From positions 55,490,001-55,554,000 of the forward strand of contig JAGIQG010000009.1 of assembly GCA_024679065.1 (NCBI GenBank): a DNA stretch of 64,000 nucleotides, read 5' to 3'. A program made the translations under genes and the position numbers. The notes beneath the pieces were generated by a model. It saw nothing but the letters and a program-made list of their open reading frames with translations, had not been told where the DNA came from and made no database searches. This document shows positions 35,203-49,325 of this stretch, piece after piece; within the stretch, counting starts at the first letter, position 1, and each line of letters begins with the position of its first letter. This stretch comes from Sphyrna mokarran (Eukaryota).

Positions 35203-35432
35203 ACTGGGATTTCCCATTGATTGCAATGCCTTGCAGCTGGGAAATGTAGGTGAGTATGCACTGTTAGCAGAAGTGAAAGATCCCACTGACATAAACAGCT
35301 AGAAAATTGCAGCCAATAATCCAATTAATATCTTGGTAGCCTCAAGTTTTGGTGCATTAGCTTTGTTAAATGTACCTTAAGATAGCAAAGAAATGAAGTG
35401 CTTACTTATAAGAAAGTTAGAAGGGTGTGATC

Positions 35433-35438
35433 TTTATT
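35433..35438 (-). terminator. Candidate HMCN1 polyadenylation signal AATAAA
   Basis: First AATAAA seen on the minus strand, ~410 nt past the stop codon. Confidence 0.5.
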
Positions 35439-35844
35439 TTGTTATTTGATGTCACACTTCAGCCTTTTGGTAAAAATAAGTGAACCATAAGTAACTGCAT
35501 AGAAAATACAGAGAATTGCTCATATATACATTTAATAAAAATAGAATACATCTTGATATCTGACTCCCAGAACTTGTCATCTTCTTATACAGTGTATTGA
35601 CTTTAAATGGCTGGTGGCTATTTGGTCTTTGGTTAAGCATTGCTGAGAATGATGATTTGTCTGCCTTGTTCAAACAACATGCCAGAACAGTGCCTGCTGT
35701 CCACAAGCTTCAGATATGCATACTGCCAAAACATAGCACCATTTTAACAAAACTGTATTAGACAATGGCAGATTTCAAATATTTGTATCCGGTGGTCCTG
35801 ACTGCTACTTATTTGGGTGAATAAAAAGTATACTTGAAGTGCTT

Positions 35845-36211
35845 TTAGTATGGGTATGCGGACACTGCTATATAAACTATGAAAGTAGTCTGGTATTCAA
35901 TATTTCCATCCACACTGTATGATGATGCTCGCACTTTCATCCTATATGTCTGAGGCTCTCTTAGTGGTCTAGTTGTAAACACAACTCCTTTCAAATTCTC
36001 ATCTCGAATTGCAAAAGGTACCATTGGGTCCTCATCAACCATATAGAAGACTGTTCTAGGATGCATCACTCCATCATGTGTGTAAGCCACGAGGCGGATT
36101 AGATCCTGATTTGCAGCAATTCCAAATGGAAGGGCGACAAGCTTATACTCCAAGGCATAGGGACTGAGTGCACATTCAAGATCATTGGGTGGACAGTTTT
36201 TCAGGCAAAAT
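35845..36211 (-). CDS. HMCN1: Hemicentin-1 terminal coding exon (fibulin-type C-terminal module)
   Basis: FCLKNCPPNDLECALSPYALEYKL...QTTFIVYIAVSAYPY*; acceptor tttgtag. Confidence 0.96.
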
Positions 36212-37054
36212 CTACAAAGCAAAAATTAATAAGTTTACAAAGCAGTTATAGTATGAGGAAAGGCTTTTCATATCAAACTAGAAAGACCCTACAGTTTGTT
36301 AAATTATCTCAAGATTTTTGCATTCAGCACCATTTTAATCTCTTTGTTTTCAATTCTTAATAATGGCATTGGATTTACTGAGAGATTGTGTCAATCAGAT
36401 TTATCTTTGGAATTATCTATAGGGAATATCATTGTTTCAAATTTAGGAGAAGAGGAATGTTGGTAGGAGTATTAACATCAGACTGAAAATAGGTCCAGAA
36501 AATAATCTTTGTCCCTGGGTTGGACTAGTTCTGTAAGTTCTTGGCTTGCATTATGTAAGCAGTGATAATATTGTATCTCAGATGGATAAATGGCTATAGT
36601 AATTCAAACATTGATAACATTTTAAACACTTCAGTGACTTGCTTAGTTGTTTTATAAATAGGAGGTAAATTGCTGGTGATAGACAGCTTCATTAGAGAAA
36701 AACAACAACAATACTTTTCTCCTTAGTGGAGAATCCTAGTGAAGGATTTAATCTAGATTTGTTCTGGACTTTTATATTCTAGTTACAGAATATCATTTAA
36801 TCAGATTAACAAACATTGGGACATAGATTTATACTATTATGAAAAATAATTAAGAAATGGCAGCATGCAATGTGATATGAAATACATTTTTAATCTTTTG
36901 ATATTTTAATTATTATGACAATTAGAAATGTAATGGCAAATAATTTCCTGAATGGGCATTCTCTGTTTTAGATCAGGAGATACTTCTCATTAAACAGGGA
37001 AGCTGAGAAATAACATTAGCTTTGGAAAAAAGCTGATGGTGCTGGTGAACTTAC

Positions 37055-37181
37055 CCAGTGACTGCATCACGCTGATATTTGGGTGGGCAAGGAGTATCTA
37101 TGCACTGGTAGCTGCCTCTCATGTTAAAGCACATGTGGTTTGCTCCACAGTGGATGTTTTGCTCTAAGCACTCATCAATAT
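37055..37181 (-). CDS. HMCN1: Hemicentin-1 exon (cbEGF 8)
   Basis: DIDECLEQNIHCGANHMCFNMRGSYQCIDTPCPPKYQRDAVTG; ctag/gtaag boundaries. Confidence 0.95.
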
Positions 37182-38599
37182 CTAGATAGTTCAGAGACAG
37201 AAGAAATATTATTACTGTTATGGTTATGTATTTGCACCTCTTGTAGCATTTAAAATTTGAGTGCCCTTTTTCAAGCATTCAAAGGAAATAAACAAGCATA
37301 TTTTTTTTGTGATGAACACAAACTATACAAAAAATACTGCAGAGGCTAAAAACCTGGAATAAAGAGAAAATACTCAGTGGGTCAGGCAATATCTGTGAAG
37401 GTAGACAGAGATAATGGGCTACAGGTTTCCCCAGATGGAATGTCTCCTGGAAACTGATTCACTCTGTGCAAGCTAACACTCAATCAAAAAGCACACTGGA
37501 TGGGCTAAGTTGGCTGTCAGTGGGACTTCTACCCCTCACTGATCAAGTCCTGGCAACAGCAGGGGATCACTAGTGGGCACTGACAGAGCTGCAACCAGTC
37601 CCAAGGTGGATCCCTGAGTGAGTCAGAGGTATTGGCCAGCTTCAGGAGGGCTTTGGGAGGAGTGCAGAATGGATGAGTTTTAGAGAGCAGGCAGGGAGAA
37701 AGGAAATGTGGATATGCCTTCAATGTGTCAAGGGCAATCCCTACGATAGTCACCTTTCTCCTTCCCAACCTTTTGAAAGCTTTCTTTTAAACGTTGGTTG
37801 TCCACTCCCAATCATATTATGGCATGGGCTGCAAATTATCGGGGTCAATTGGCTTGTAAATGAGATCAATTGACCTGTAATTTCTTTAAACATGGCAGGC
37901 AGGCTGTTCATTTCAGCACCTGAACATCTACTATGTTATGGGGTAAGCTCGGAGCTGGGTGGGAAAGTTGGGTAGGGGTATGTAAAATCTAGCTCAAGAT
38001 TTCAGATCAGTGACCTCTGCTTAAGAGGTACTGCTGCCTGAAATGCTGAACATTTCCAGAATTTTCTGTTTATTTGGAATACTTCCATTTGCCACATCTG
38101 CTTTGGTAAGTGGAGGCAAAACCTGGCTAAACCTGAGCTCTTGATGATTTACTAGTGATTCTAGCAGAAAAGAATGTGTGTGTAACGAGTGAGCTAAATT
38201 GTGACCTTTCTTAAAGTCGAACTGGCAATGGTTGCTGTCTAGGTTTACACGTGAAGGCTGTCCACATGACTGTGATATGGCTGGGTGACTATTCCCTCTG
38301 AACTGTACTATCCATGTAGGAATCACCACAGCAAAGGATCAAAGCAAAAATGTTTTATTCAAATCAGGAAAATGAGAGCCTGTGATTTAAAATGTACTAA
38401 GTAATTAAATCCAAGTAACTGTGGCTACTTATAGAATCCTTAGGTTACCCAGCAAACCACTGTAACCAACTTATAAATTTCAAGTTCTAGTCAGTGACTG
38501 TTTGGCAATTCTAAAAGAAAGCATGTGTGTTAGATACAAGCCTATCTATTTCTTATAATCCATAACATCTAGCAGTGTTTGTTTAAATTCCTGCAAGTA

Positions 38600-39780
38600 T
38601 TCATTTACAGCACAGGAAAAGGCCATTTACCTCAACAGGTTCTTGCTAATGCTTATGAGCCTCTTACCCTTTTTCATCTAATGCCATCAATAGATTCTTC
38701 TATTGCTTTCTCCCTTGTATGATTTCCTAGTTTCCTCCTAAATGAATTTATGCTATTTGCCTCAGATACTTCTTGTCGTAATGAGTTCCATATTCTTATT
38801 TCTTTCCGAGTAAAGGTTCTCCTAATTCCCTGTTAGATTTATTAGTGACTATCTTCCAACTATGAAGATTCATGACTCATAGTTATAATCCCATTTGCAA
38901 ATTGAAAAATCTTCTCTGTGTATCCTTTCATAGTCTTAAATACCTCAGTCAGGTCACTTCTCTGTCTTCTCTTATCTAGAGAAAAGAGTTTCATCCAGTT
39001 CAATATTTCATTAAGAGGTATAACTATGGGTGTAACTATGAGTATAGTTCAGTTCTGTATGGTTCTTGAATTTGTTTTTTGCATCTTATCTTGTACCCGT
39101 TATCTTTTTTTTTATAAGCTGGAGATCAGAATTGTTCATATTATTCCAAGTGTTGCTTAATCAAGGTTCTACAAAAGTCTAACATAACTTTTGAATTCTA
39201 GAAATAGCTTTTATTATTTTATTTTTCTATTTTTATGTATTGAGATTCCTGGATTCCTCTGTCCTCCAGGTTGCTTAGACACGTAAGGGTGTATTACTCC
39301 ATGCCTGCAGCATGAAACAGGCTCTTGTTGAAGTGGCAGACTGTCGTACAGTGTGCCAGATTTTATTGTCTATTGACTTTGAAAATATTGCCACATTTAT
39401 AAATTTCAAACCACGTTAACATAACAGAAAGACAAGGAAACGAGTCTCCGTTAGGAGTTTTGATTACCATTGTGAACTTCAGTGGTAAAGAAACATCAGA
39501 TGCAATGAAAGGATCAGATGCAGGTTTGCATTGAGTGCATGTTGTACTATTAGCATAGGTATATTTTACCATTTTAATTCCTAGGAGTATGTGACCTCCC
39601 AATTCTTCCAACAAAATGTACAATTCTGTACCAATCACCCCTACCATTTTGCTGTCTTTGCAAATTGTGAACTCCAACTCATTCATATAAATAGTGAAAG
39701 CACTAATCTCATCACTGATTCCTGGATAACACCAATTACCAGCATTGCCAATCTGAATAATTCGTTTTAACTCTGACACA
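38600..39780 (-). mobile_element. Highly degenerate CR1 fragments
   Basis: ctagagaaaagagtttcatccag, tattccaagtgttgcttaatcaagg and FTIYMNELEFTICK..DSKMVG segments on the minus strand; interrupted. Confidence 0.55.
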
Positions 39781-40543
39781 CATTTTGATTTATAGCTAGT
39801 TTATTACTGTCCAATCTATTGTTTGCCTCCTGACTCCACCAACAGCTTTTTGGTGTCTGGGTTAGGACCTTGATGCCAAGTTCAAATGGAAGACCCAACT
39901 CCATGTTGTATGCAGAATAGTCACCCAGTAGCAATTTTCCCTGAATCGGCTAATTGATGGCCAGACAATTCACTTGCAATTCAATTCAGGACATTATGCG
40001 GGCTTTCAAAGTTGGAGAGCCAATAGGAGGTCCTTCAGTTCAGAAGGCCTGTCTTTTAAGGTGAGACACAGAGAGCATCTCCATCTTGGGGGGTGGGGGG
40101 TGGGGTTGTGCTGTCCAGTAGCCTGCATTTTCATGTCTGGTCACCCTAAATTGAACTCAGGGGTAGGAGTGGGGCTGATCTCAGTGCAGCTAGGCTTTAC
40201 TGGTGTGTTGAGGCCTAGCCCCTCTACATGATGGTGTGAAACACATCTACCTATATTATGTGGCAGAATATGCTAAAAACTGGAGAGAGAGAAACGGGAG
40301 CATTGCTCCGGGGAGAGAAACAGGGGCATTTTCCCATGGAACTAATACACTGCCATTTTGAGGTCAAATTTTGCCCAAAGGATTTGAAGAGTACTAGATA
40401 ATGTACCTCTATAAAATTTATTTTGAAGCATTTTAAAATCAATGGGTTAATGCTGCATTATTTTTAGCACGCATGCATTGCTTAATGATTAATCCAGAAA
40501 ATGAAAACTCTTGAAATGTTGTTTGGAATTCTGAAAACCCTAC

Positions 40544-40663
40544 CCTGGCATGATTTCCCATTAGGCATGAGTCGATAGCCACTGGGACAAAGGCATTGAT
40601 AGCTTCCTGCTGTGTTTTTGCAGTCATGCTGACAAGGTTCCTTGTTTTCACATTCATTAATAT
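40544..40663 (-). CDS. HMCN1: Hemicentin-1 exon (cbEGF 7)
   Basis: [40 protein letters not shown]; phase 1-1, 120 nt. Confidence 0.95.
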
Positions 40664-40812
40664 CTGCCAAAAAAGAATTTGACAATCAGAAAAAGCAACA
40701 AGGTATTTTATTTACTAGCAATAACTTCCAGAAATTCATCTGTTCTTTAACAAATTATGATGGTGTTAAATGATGACCATTGCAGAAAATCAATATTTTA
40801 AATGAGCTTAAA

Positions 40813-41266
40813 GGAGCCTTTTGTCCACCTTGTTGCCTAACAAGGGGCATACATGCGATGGGTCATGACAGGACTGCTCTTGGATTTTTTTCGAGAGTAT
40901 CCTAGTGCTTCACGTCGTTAGTGTACACTTGACCTGGACCATTTGATGGGCAACACAATAGCTCAGTGACTATCGCTGTGCTGTGCAGATACATGGATTT
41001 GGGCCTGTGTCTGTGGGAGTTTGCGCATTCTCCCCGTGCTTGCGTGGGTTTTCTCCGGGTGCTCCGGTTTCCTCCCACATCCAAAAGATGTGCTCTTAGG
41101 CTAATTGGCAAAACAAATTCTCCCTAAATTGTCTCAAATTTGGTTTTTAATCTATAGATCTATAAACATGGACAGGGATTACAGGTAGCGGTGGGAACAT
41201 CGGGGTGGTGGTGCAGGCTCGTTGGGCCAAAGTACCAGTTTCCTGTGCTGTTTTGTTCTTTGTTTT
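40813..41266 (+). mobile_element. HE1/V-SINE-like element with structured 5' extension (copy 2)
   Basis: Colinear with 2558-3004 over the whole length. Confidence 0.85.
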
Positions 41267-42116
41267 TTAAAAGATATTAGAATTGATGGGCTGTATTAAA
41301 GGACTACACAAATATTGTTTGAAAACAAGTTTAAAGATGTTTAAGTAAATAAAACAAGCCTAATAAGGGAACTATATATGCTGAATAAACACTTAAATTC
41401 CCATTTGAAATCAGAAAATTTATAATTTCATTGCATTTTGGTCATTTCCCCTTTCCTGAGTTTCTTTTGCCTTCCTCTCTTGAAGATGCTAAGCTGGGTA
41501 AGGCTCTATGGTTACAAATGGTCCTTTGCTACTTTTTCCCAGCGGTGCCTTTTCCGTGAGCCAAAATGTTATTTATTTTTGCAGTGAAACATTAATATAT
41601 TAAAAAGTAATTGTTTTGGTACCTCTAGTTTGCAGATGCATATTAAATTGTCTCACGTTAAGTTGTGTCAAACCCACAAGTAGTAAGCTCCGTCCAGCAT
41701 TTGTTACATTAAAAGTTTGAGCTTTTGTGATTTACCAAATGAAGAAGAGAAACCTTGTATACCTATGACTGAGTGTTTCTACATTGGCTGGGGCAGCATT
41801 TTAATCTGATCAGAAGTGAGATAAGTGTTCAGTTAGTTGATGAGTACTGGGGGTAGAGATGAAATTGACATTAAAATTAAGAGGAATGGTGGCTTTAAGA
41901 AACCAAAGACATGAGTGAATAATTATAAAAATCTAAAAGAATCTTGCTAGTTACTGTTGAAAGTGTGATGTGAGTTATGTTCGTGAACATAATCTAGAAA
42001 CAAATTTCTGTGCAAAGGTACTTCAGCTTCACAGCCTAGAAGACATTTAATCAGTATTTTTTTTCAGGTATATTACATAAAAAGAACAGATTCCATTTAT
42101 AAAGGCTGATGTTTAC

Positions 42117-42467
42117 CTATGCAATTGTCATTCTTTGCCTCATAGCCTTGAGGGCATGTTTTTCTAATGCTCCTGCCAGTCCTGGAGAAAGCTGTACGGT
42201 AAATGCTTCCATAGCCCACGTGCGATCTATACTGAGAAGACTGACTAAAATACCGCTGTTGCTGCTGTCGTTGGTTGAAGTAACTCACACTGGGGAATTG
42301 GGCAAAGTTATAATTTCTCTCATAATTTGGCAACCTTTCTAATCCAGCACAAGATTTCCCATCACCTAACAAATGTTGTCCAGGTGGACAGAGACACTTG
42401 AAGCTGCCAGGGGTGTTGATGCACTGGTATGCACAAGGTTTAGGCACCCGTTCACATTCGTCAATGT
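42117..42467 (-). CDS. HMCN1: Hemicentin-1 exon (cbEGF 6 plus Tyr/Ser/Gln-rich insert), 351 nt
   Basis: [48 protein letters not shown]...[19 protein letters not shown]; phase 1-1. Confidence 0.95.
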
Positions 42468-45409
42468 CTGCTCATATGACATGGGTCGCAGCATAATATA
42501 ACATGAAAGGGAAAGAAAAGAGAACACAGAAAAAGAGATCAGTTTGGATAATACAATGAGGATGTCATCGTACAGTAAACCTGTCATGTGGAGAAATCCC
42601 ATTTTGGTGACTTTACTCCAGACAGGATTTTGAATAAAGATACTTAAAATACATTTGATAGCTATTGTTGAGCTTTTTGACAGAAACTTTTACAATGCAG
42701 ACATCAGTTTGACTGAGATATATGTTTTGTTGACAATTAAATTCTAGAACAGTTGACTTTGGATACAAATAATGAGGGATTTAAATGTGGAAACTGAGAT
42801 TTTGTCAACATCTGAGTTCTGTCTTATCTAACAAATGCATCTGAGTGGGGAATTTGAATATTACCTCAATAGCATAATGTTGGGAATACTTTAGCTTAAT
42901 TATTTAGTACTTTGCATAAGTATATGCTCATTTAGGTGAGGAATGGAGGACTTTCTGTTTCTTATATGGGGTATCAAATATTCTATGGTCAGATACAGCA
43001 GTGTTAGATACCACCATAATCTCCCTCCATATTGAATGTCAGAAAAACACTAGTGTGCCATCTATTTTCTATTTCCAATAGCAGTCACTCTGAGTGAGGA
43101 ACTGCTAATTAGTACCAGCATTTTTTAAAAAGTATTATACAAGTGGTAGCTGGAGCTGGATTGAAATTTCTGTTTGCTTTGTCTGGCTATCATTAGACTA
43201 GAAATGATGTTCAATCAAATCCACTACCTTTTACTGAGCAATACATCAGGATTGTAGATTCTGACACCCTTATTAAAACAATTCCAGTATAAATCTGTTG
43301 TAATTGTGTATGTATAGTGTCAATTATGTATAACCAATGTTAAAATTTGAAAGGTTATATATTTATTTAAAGCATACTTAACAGTTTTGTAACTTAACTC
43401 CAAATGATGTCCCTGGAACAAGCTGTCTAGCAAGTGAAAACCTTAACAGCATTCTTAAAATATGGGGAAACCTGGCCTGTGACTGATGACTAGAACTAAG
43501 CAGTGTCAATCCAATTAGATGCAATGGCCTATTTACGTGGTGACAAGTAATGCTGTTGGACATCTGGGAGGAAATATTAATATAATTGGTTTAAATGTGA
43601 TTCAGGCCAAATGTTATTATTTGAAAATATCTGACAATAGCTTCGGAAGTTATAAGCAAATGTGTCGAAAAGCCCAGAAATAGTGGCAAAGGAAAGGATT
43701 GTACTGTAAAGACTTTAGCAATTAAATATATAAGCAGATAATCAAACCAAAGTGGAGAGCAGGTTTGAACAGAAGCACTGTTATTCCAAGTTGAGCATGG
43801 AAAAAGACCCTTTGACTAAGCACTCTCTCATCAATGTAAGTATGGATAATCACATCGTTAAATACTTCAGATTATTATGTTTAGTTAAATATTGGTATCA
43901 AAATGAATGAGTCATCACATGGATAATAAAGCATTGGTTTGGATGGCATATGTCCAAACTGCAATGAATCACAGCGAATGTAGAGGGTTGTTTGGTCATC
44001 GATATAATGTTAGAAGTAGTTTGAACTGCCAAGGATAACTATTATCCCATAGAGTAAATAATCGTATGTTCTTCCTTTTCCTAACAACCCATTTCTCACA
44101 CGCAGCAGGAATCTAACTGTTCATTATATTCTGGATGGAATATGCAAAATAATGATGTTGCGCCTTTTCATTTCTTAGTTGGCCATTTTTGTATTGTAGC
44201 TTATCTAGCATCTCAGCCAAGCTCACCACAGTGAGGCACAAAATCCCAACTAGCTGTTCAAGACCCAGGTGTTAAGTCACCTGGACTACAGGGTATTCTT
44301 TCAGAATTTCTGTACTTAATTGAATTTCTTATCCAACTTTGCTTAACTTCTTCCAGGTGACATTTAATGTTTATCTAAGAAATATAGAGCAGGATTTTGA
44401 TTGTGAGCAGTGAACAAGTGGTACTTCGTTAACTTTGCACATGCCTTTTTTATGACAAGTTGCTATCAGCAGTACAGTTAAATGGCGGGTGCCTTGTTGA
44501 GCATTGTTAATGAGGAATATAGAGTTTGAACAAAGTGCAAGTCAGAGTTTCGTTCAAAGTAAGTCAGTTATAGAAAGCAAAGCAAAGAGATAGAAAGAAA
44601 AGCTTAAGAGAGAAATAAAAGATAATGATATGGTAAAAATATTACATTTGTTTTCTAAAATCTCCAACCATAATTACAAGTTGTAAAAATTTATTTGGCA
44701 GTAATTAAGATACATCACACTGCTGAAAGGATACATAGAATGAAAGTCCTAATTGTGGCAAATTTCATTTGTATCTATGATGTCAATACAGGAATTTCCT
44801 ACCATCTAATGTTTAAATGGAGACCAATGGCAAGATACCATTTTCATGAAGTTTATTGACAAGCAGCACATCTCAAACAGCATCTTCTGGATTTTTTGTG
44901 TTTAGTAGTACTCTTATGCTTGCCAGAAATGCTCTTCAATTTGTGCATAAATAACAGAAACATTAATCCATTATTATTGCAGTAAAATTTGGGCTATTTT
45001 GATTCTGAATTGGCTATTATTTAGACTTTGTACAGTCTTTTCCTATAAAAGTCATTATTAAAAATATTACAGAATTTATGGTGCAGAAAGAGTCCATTCA
45101 TCCATTGTGTTGGTGCTGGAATGAGCAATTTACTTGAGTGTCATTCCCTTGCTTTCTCCCCATATATCTGCACATACTTATTTAGAAAAGAATAATCTCT
45201 TGAATGCCTTGATTGAACCAGGGCACTGATTTTAAAAAGATTTATAATTAATTAGCTTTGTAATTGTTAGGCCAAAACGGAAATGTCTACAATTTTTAAC
45301 TTTGCATTGTAAATTTGCTTTCTCAGCACATAAAAATGCAATGGTTATATATTTTATTCACATGTTTCATATATATTGATTGAAGCAGTTTGATTCCAAA
45401 TACAGTAAG

Positions 45410-46183
45410 ACCAGGATGACATTCAGGCTTGGGCTGATAACTGGCAAGTTACATTGCCTGACACTTGTGATGCAAATGACCATCTTCAACAAGGAGAACC
45501 CACTGTCCCCACTTGACATTTATTGCAATAAAATCATTGAATCCCTACCAACATCTTAGGCATTACCAGGACCAGTCATGTAAATACTGTGGCTCCCAGA
45601 GCAGGTTAGACACTAGAAATTCAATAACACATCTGACTCCCAAAGACTGTCTACTATCTACAGGTACAAGTTAGGAGTGTAATGGAATACTCTTCACCTC
45701 CCTGGATGAGTGTAGCTTCAATAACGCTCAAGAAACTTGACACTTTCCAGGATAAAACAGCCTACTTTGTACTCTACCTACCATCTTCAACAATTACTCC
45801 TAACACTGACACACAATGGCAATTGTGTGTATCACCAAAAGATGCACATATAGCAACTGATTCAAAGCTCCCTCGATGGCACGTTCCACATCGGTAACCC
45901 CTGCGAACTAGAAGAACAAGGGCAACAGAGGCATGGGAATACCACCACCATCTGCAATTTCCCCTCCAAAACCCACACTATCCTCACTGGCACCTATTGC
46001 CATTCCTTCACTTCACTGGGTCAAAATCCTGGAACACCCTTCCTAAAATCACTTATGGGTGCACCTATGTCACAGACTGTAGAGGTTCAAGGCAGCTCAC
46101 CAACACTTTCTTGAGGGTAATTAGGACGGGCACAAATTCTGGCCTAGTCAGTGATACCCATAGCTCATGAAAGAATAAAAAAG
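45410..46183 (+). mobile_element. Non-LTR retrotransposon 3' fragment (same family as 11800-13310)
   Basis: IQAWADNWQVT, YRYKLGV*MEYSSPPW, SWNTLP; tail ggcctagtcagtgatacccatagctcatgaaagaataaaaaa. Confidence 0.8.
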
Positions 46184-46769
46184 CACAATAGCTAATCATT
46201 GAATTTAATTAACAATTTGTGTGTGAATATCCTTAATAATTTTAGGTTACAGGAACTCAATTGCTGGTGCTCCCTGACACTGACAAAACTTTGTTTTATT
46301 ATAATAAGAGTTTTATCAACGAAGTGTGATCAGAAACCACAGGAAATACGGTCACATCTACAAGAAATGTACACCATACACGAGGTTTATATATTAGGCA
46401 ATATTCATCCATTTGGATGATCCACCAGATAAACTTGTATACACATCCATCACAGTGCCTGTCAAAAAATTAACATTGAAGTCCAAGCATCTTTTGATCA
46501 CTTTAATTTTACAGCTAATTTTTCAAATGAGATGGAGTATTTCTCAACGCTATCCATAGAAAATTCCTTCTCAAGTCAAAATTCTGTGCAGAACTAGATG
46601 TGTTTTCTGATTCACCATCTCTTCTTCCACTCTTTAATTTGAGTTTCTCTTAAGCCAACTTGTGCTTTCTCCCTCTTTCTTCCTTTTCTATTTTTGTCTT
46701 TCAAATTCCATTTCTAAGCATTTCAATCTTTCCCATCTTTGCTCTTCTTCCAACTCCAGCTAAGTATAG

Positions 46770-47880
46770 TTTTCAGGACTATCAATGACCTCACCTCCTT
46801 TGAAGATCTTCCCTCTATAGTCTCGAACCTCAGTCTCCCAGCCCCACTTCTACAATCCACTTCTACCTCCTTCCCAAAATCCATAAGCAGGACTGCCCTG
46901 GTAGGCCCATCATGTCAGCCTGTTCCTGCCCCACCGAACTCATTTCCTTCTATCTTGATTCCATTCTCTCTCCTCTTGTCCAGTCCCTTCACACTTATAT
47001 CCATGATCCTCCGATGCACCTACACCATATCAACGACTTCCAATTCTCCAGCTCAAACTGCTTCCTCTTTGTTATGGCTGTCCAATCCCTCTACACCTCC
47101 ATTCCTGACCAGAATAGCCTCAAAAGCCTTTGCTTCTTCCTCGAACACAGAAGTGAACAATGTTCATTCATCACCATTCCTTTGTTTGGCTGAACTGGTT
47201 CTCTCATCCACAATTTCTCCTTTAACTTGTCTCACTTCCACCAAATAAAGGGCACCCAAAGGGTCGCAGTTATGTCTGTCTCTTTATGGGGTATGTAGAC
47301 CATTCTTTCTTCCAGTCCTACTCTGGCCCCCGCCCACAAGTCCATTACTGGTGCATTGATGACTATTTCAATGCCACTTCATGCTCTTGTCTGGACCTGG
47401 AAAAATTTATCAATTTTGCTTCCAATTTTCACCCCTCTAACACCTTCACATGATCACTTCTGACACTTCTCTTCCCTTCCTTGAACTCTTTGAATGCATT
47501 TCTGGTGATAAACTGTCCACTGGTATCCATTAGAAGCCCACCGACTCTCACAACTATCTTGACTACAGCTCTTCACAAGCCACATCCTGTAAAGGTTCCA
47601 TCCCATTCTCTGAGTTCCTTCGCTCTGCTGCCACTTTCCAAAATAGAACTGCTGATATGTCTTTCTTCTTCCTCAATCGTGGTTTTCCATGTACTGTGGT
47701 TAACAGGGCTCTCAATAGCGTCTAATCTATCCCCCAAGCCACTGCTCCTACCACACCCCACCTTCCTCCCAGCACCAGGATAGGGTCTCCCTTGTCCTCA
47801 TATTTCACCCCACCAGCCATTTCCGCCATGATGCCACTGCTCAACGCATCTTGTACCATCACCCCCGCCACCCTACCCAC
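46770..47880 (+). mobile_element. Penelope-like element RT remnant
   Basis: GRPIMSACSCPTELISFYLDSILSPLV, MAVQSLYTSIP, SYVCLFMG, degenerate catalytic CIDD; frameshifted. Confidence 0.85.
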
Positions 47881-47972
47881 CAACCCCATCCCCAATCCCC
47901 ATCTCCACCCTGAGCTCAGTATTCTCCACGTATTTCTATCTATTTGGTCTCTCAAAGAATTCCCAAATTTGT

Positions 47973-48844
47973 TGTGACTGCAGCTGTCATTAATTCTGAA
48001 CCAAACAGATCTCAGATTAAAATCCGACTCAGCTGATTGTCATCTATTTTTTGTATTGTAGAAACAAAAAGGAATAGCTACTGAACACAAGAGCAGAGCA
48101 ATAACTTTTAAAATCTGAAGAACCAAAGTGTTTATTGGAAGATTAAACTTAAACACAAAATAAAGGATATGCAGATAAATATGCTGTTTCAGACTCTTAA
48201 CCATAATGTCAAGGAAAACCAAGTATTGTTTTAATCTTTATCAGAAGGACTATCCATGACTTTCCGGAATAAATACACACCGGTGTGGTTTTCCGAAGTG
48301 TGCTCAAAACCATCTTTGTCCAAATAAGTGTTTCCTGACCGAAAACTGAAGTTGCAATTCTTCAATTACAAATCTTTCACAAGAACTGGCTTTCGGTGGA
48401 ACTTCCCCCCACAGCTGTAACTCTGTTGTTATAAATAATCCTTTAATCCCTTTCATTTTATTTCTCCATTGTCTTCAAGTATTTCTTTGAAAACTTAAGA
48501 TTCCCAATACAAAATCTTTCATGTTACAATTTCATCATTTTTGGGTCAATACAATTTTAATATTCCTGCTCTTGTTTGCTCCTGAATTTCCTGTACAGTG
48601 CAAATGTTCTTTGCAATAGCTACAAATCAATTTCAACACTTACCTCAAATGCAACTTCCAAATCTGCTCCATTTACTTGCAAATTAAAACCCACCATTCA
48701 GCCTCATGACAAAATACAAGAGGGTAACACCTTTGACCTTTCATTCCTTAGCTGCCCTGCTCCAACCACCTCTCATCTGATTAAACCTGGACACATGGAC
48801 ATAATTTTACTCTACACAGAATATATACACAACGTATCATCACA
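47973..48844 (-). mobile_element. Possible solo LTR
   Basis: TGTGA...TCACA termini and minus-strand AATAAA near 48130; no TSD seen. Confidence 0.4.
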
Positions 48845-49014
48845 TGAATACAAATTATATTTGCTTCCTGAGACTTTTTCCAGTTTACTTTTAAAATCTG
48901 TCAATGGGGTCTGCCTACATGCCACAATCTATGCATGCATGGTGTCCTGACATCATCCCAGAATGGTGCATCAGGATATATGCAGCAGAATTGAGAGTTG
49001 AAGCTGAATTAGTT

Positions 49015-49325
49015 GGGGTGGCATGATGGTTAGCACTGCTGCCTCACAGTGTCTGGGACCCAGTTCTATTCCTGGCTTGGGTCACTGTCTGTGTGGAGTT
49101 TGCACATTCTCCCCGTGTCTGCATGTGTTTCCTCCTGGTGCTCTGGTTTCTTCCCACAGGCTACAAATGTACCGGTTAGGTTGATTGGCCATGCTAAATT
49201 GTCCCTTAGTGTCAGAGGGGCTAGCTAGAGTAAATGCATGGGATTATGGAGATAGGGCCTGGGTGTGATTGTGGTCAGTGCAGACTTGATGGACCGAATG
49301 GCATCCTTCTGCCCTGTATGATTCT
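49015..49325 (+). mobile_element. HE1-type SINE
   Basis: ggttagcactgctgcctcacag head, V-domain, ccgaatggcatccttctgccctgtatgattct tail. Confidence 0.9.
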
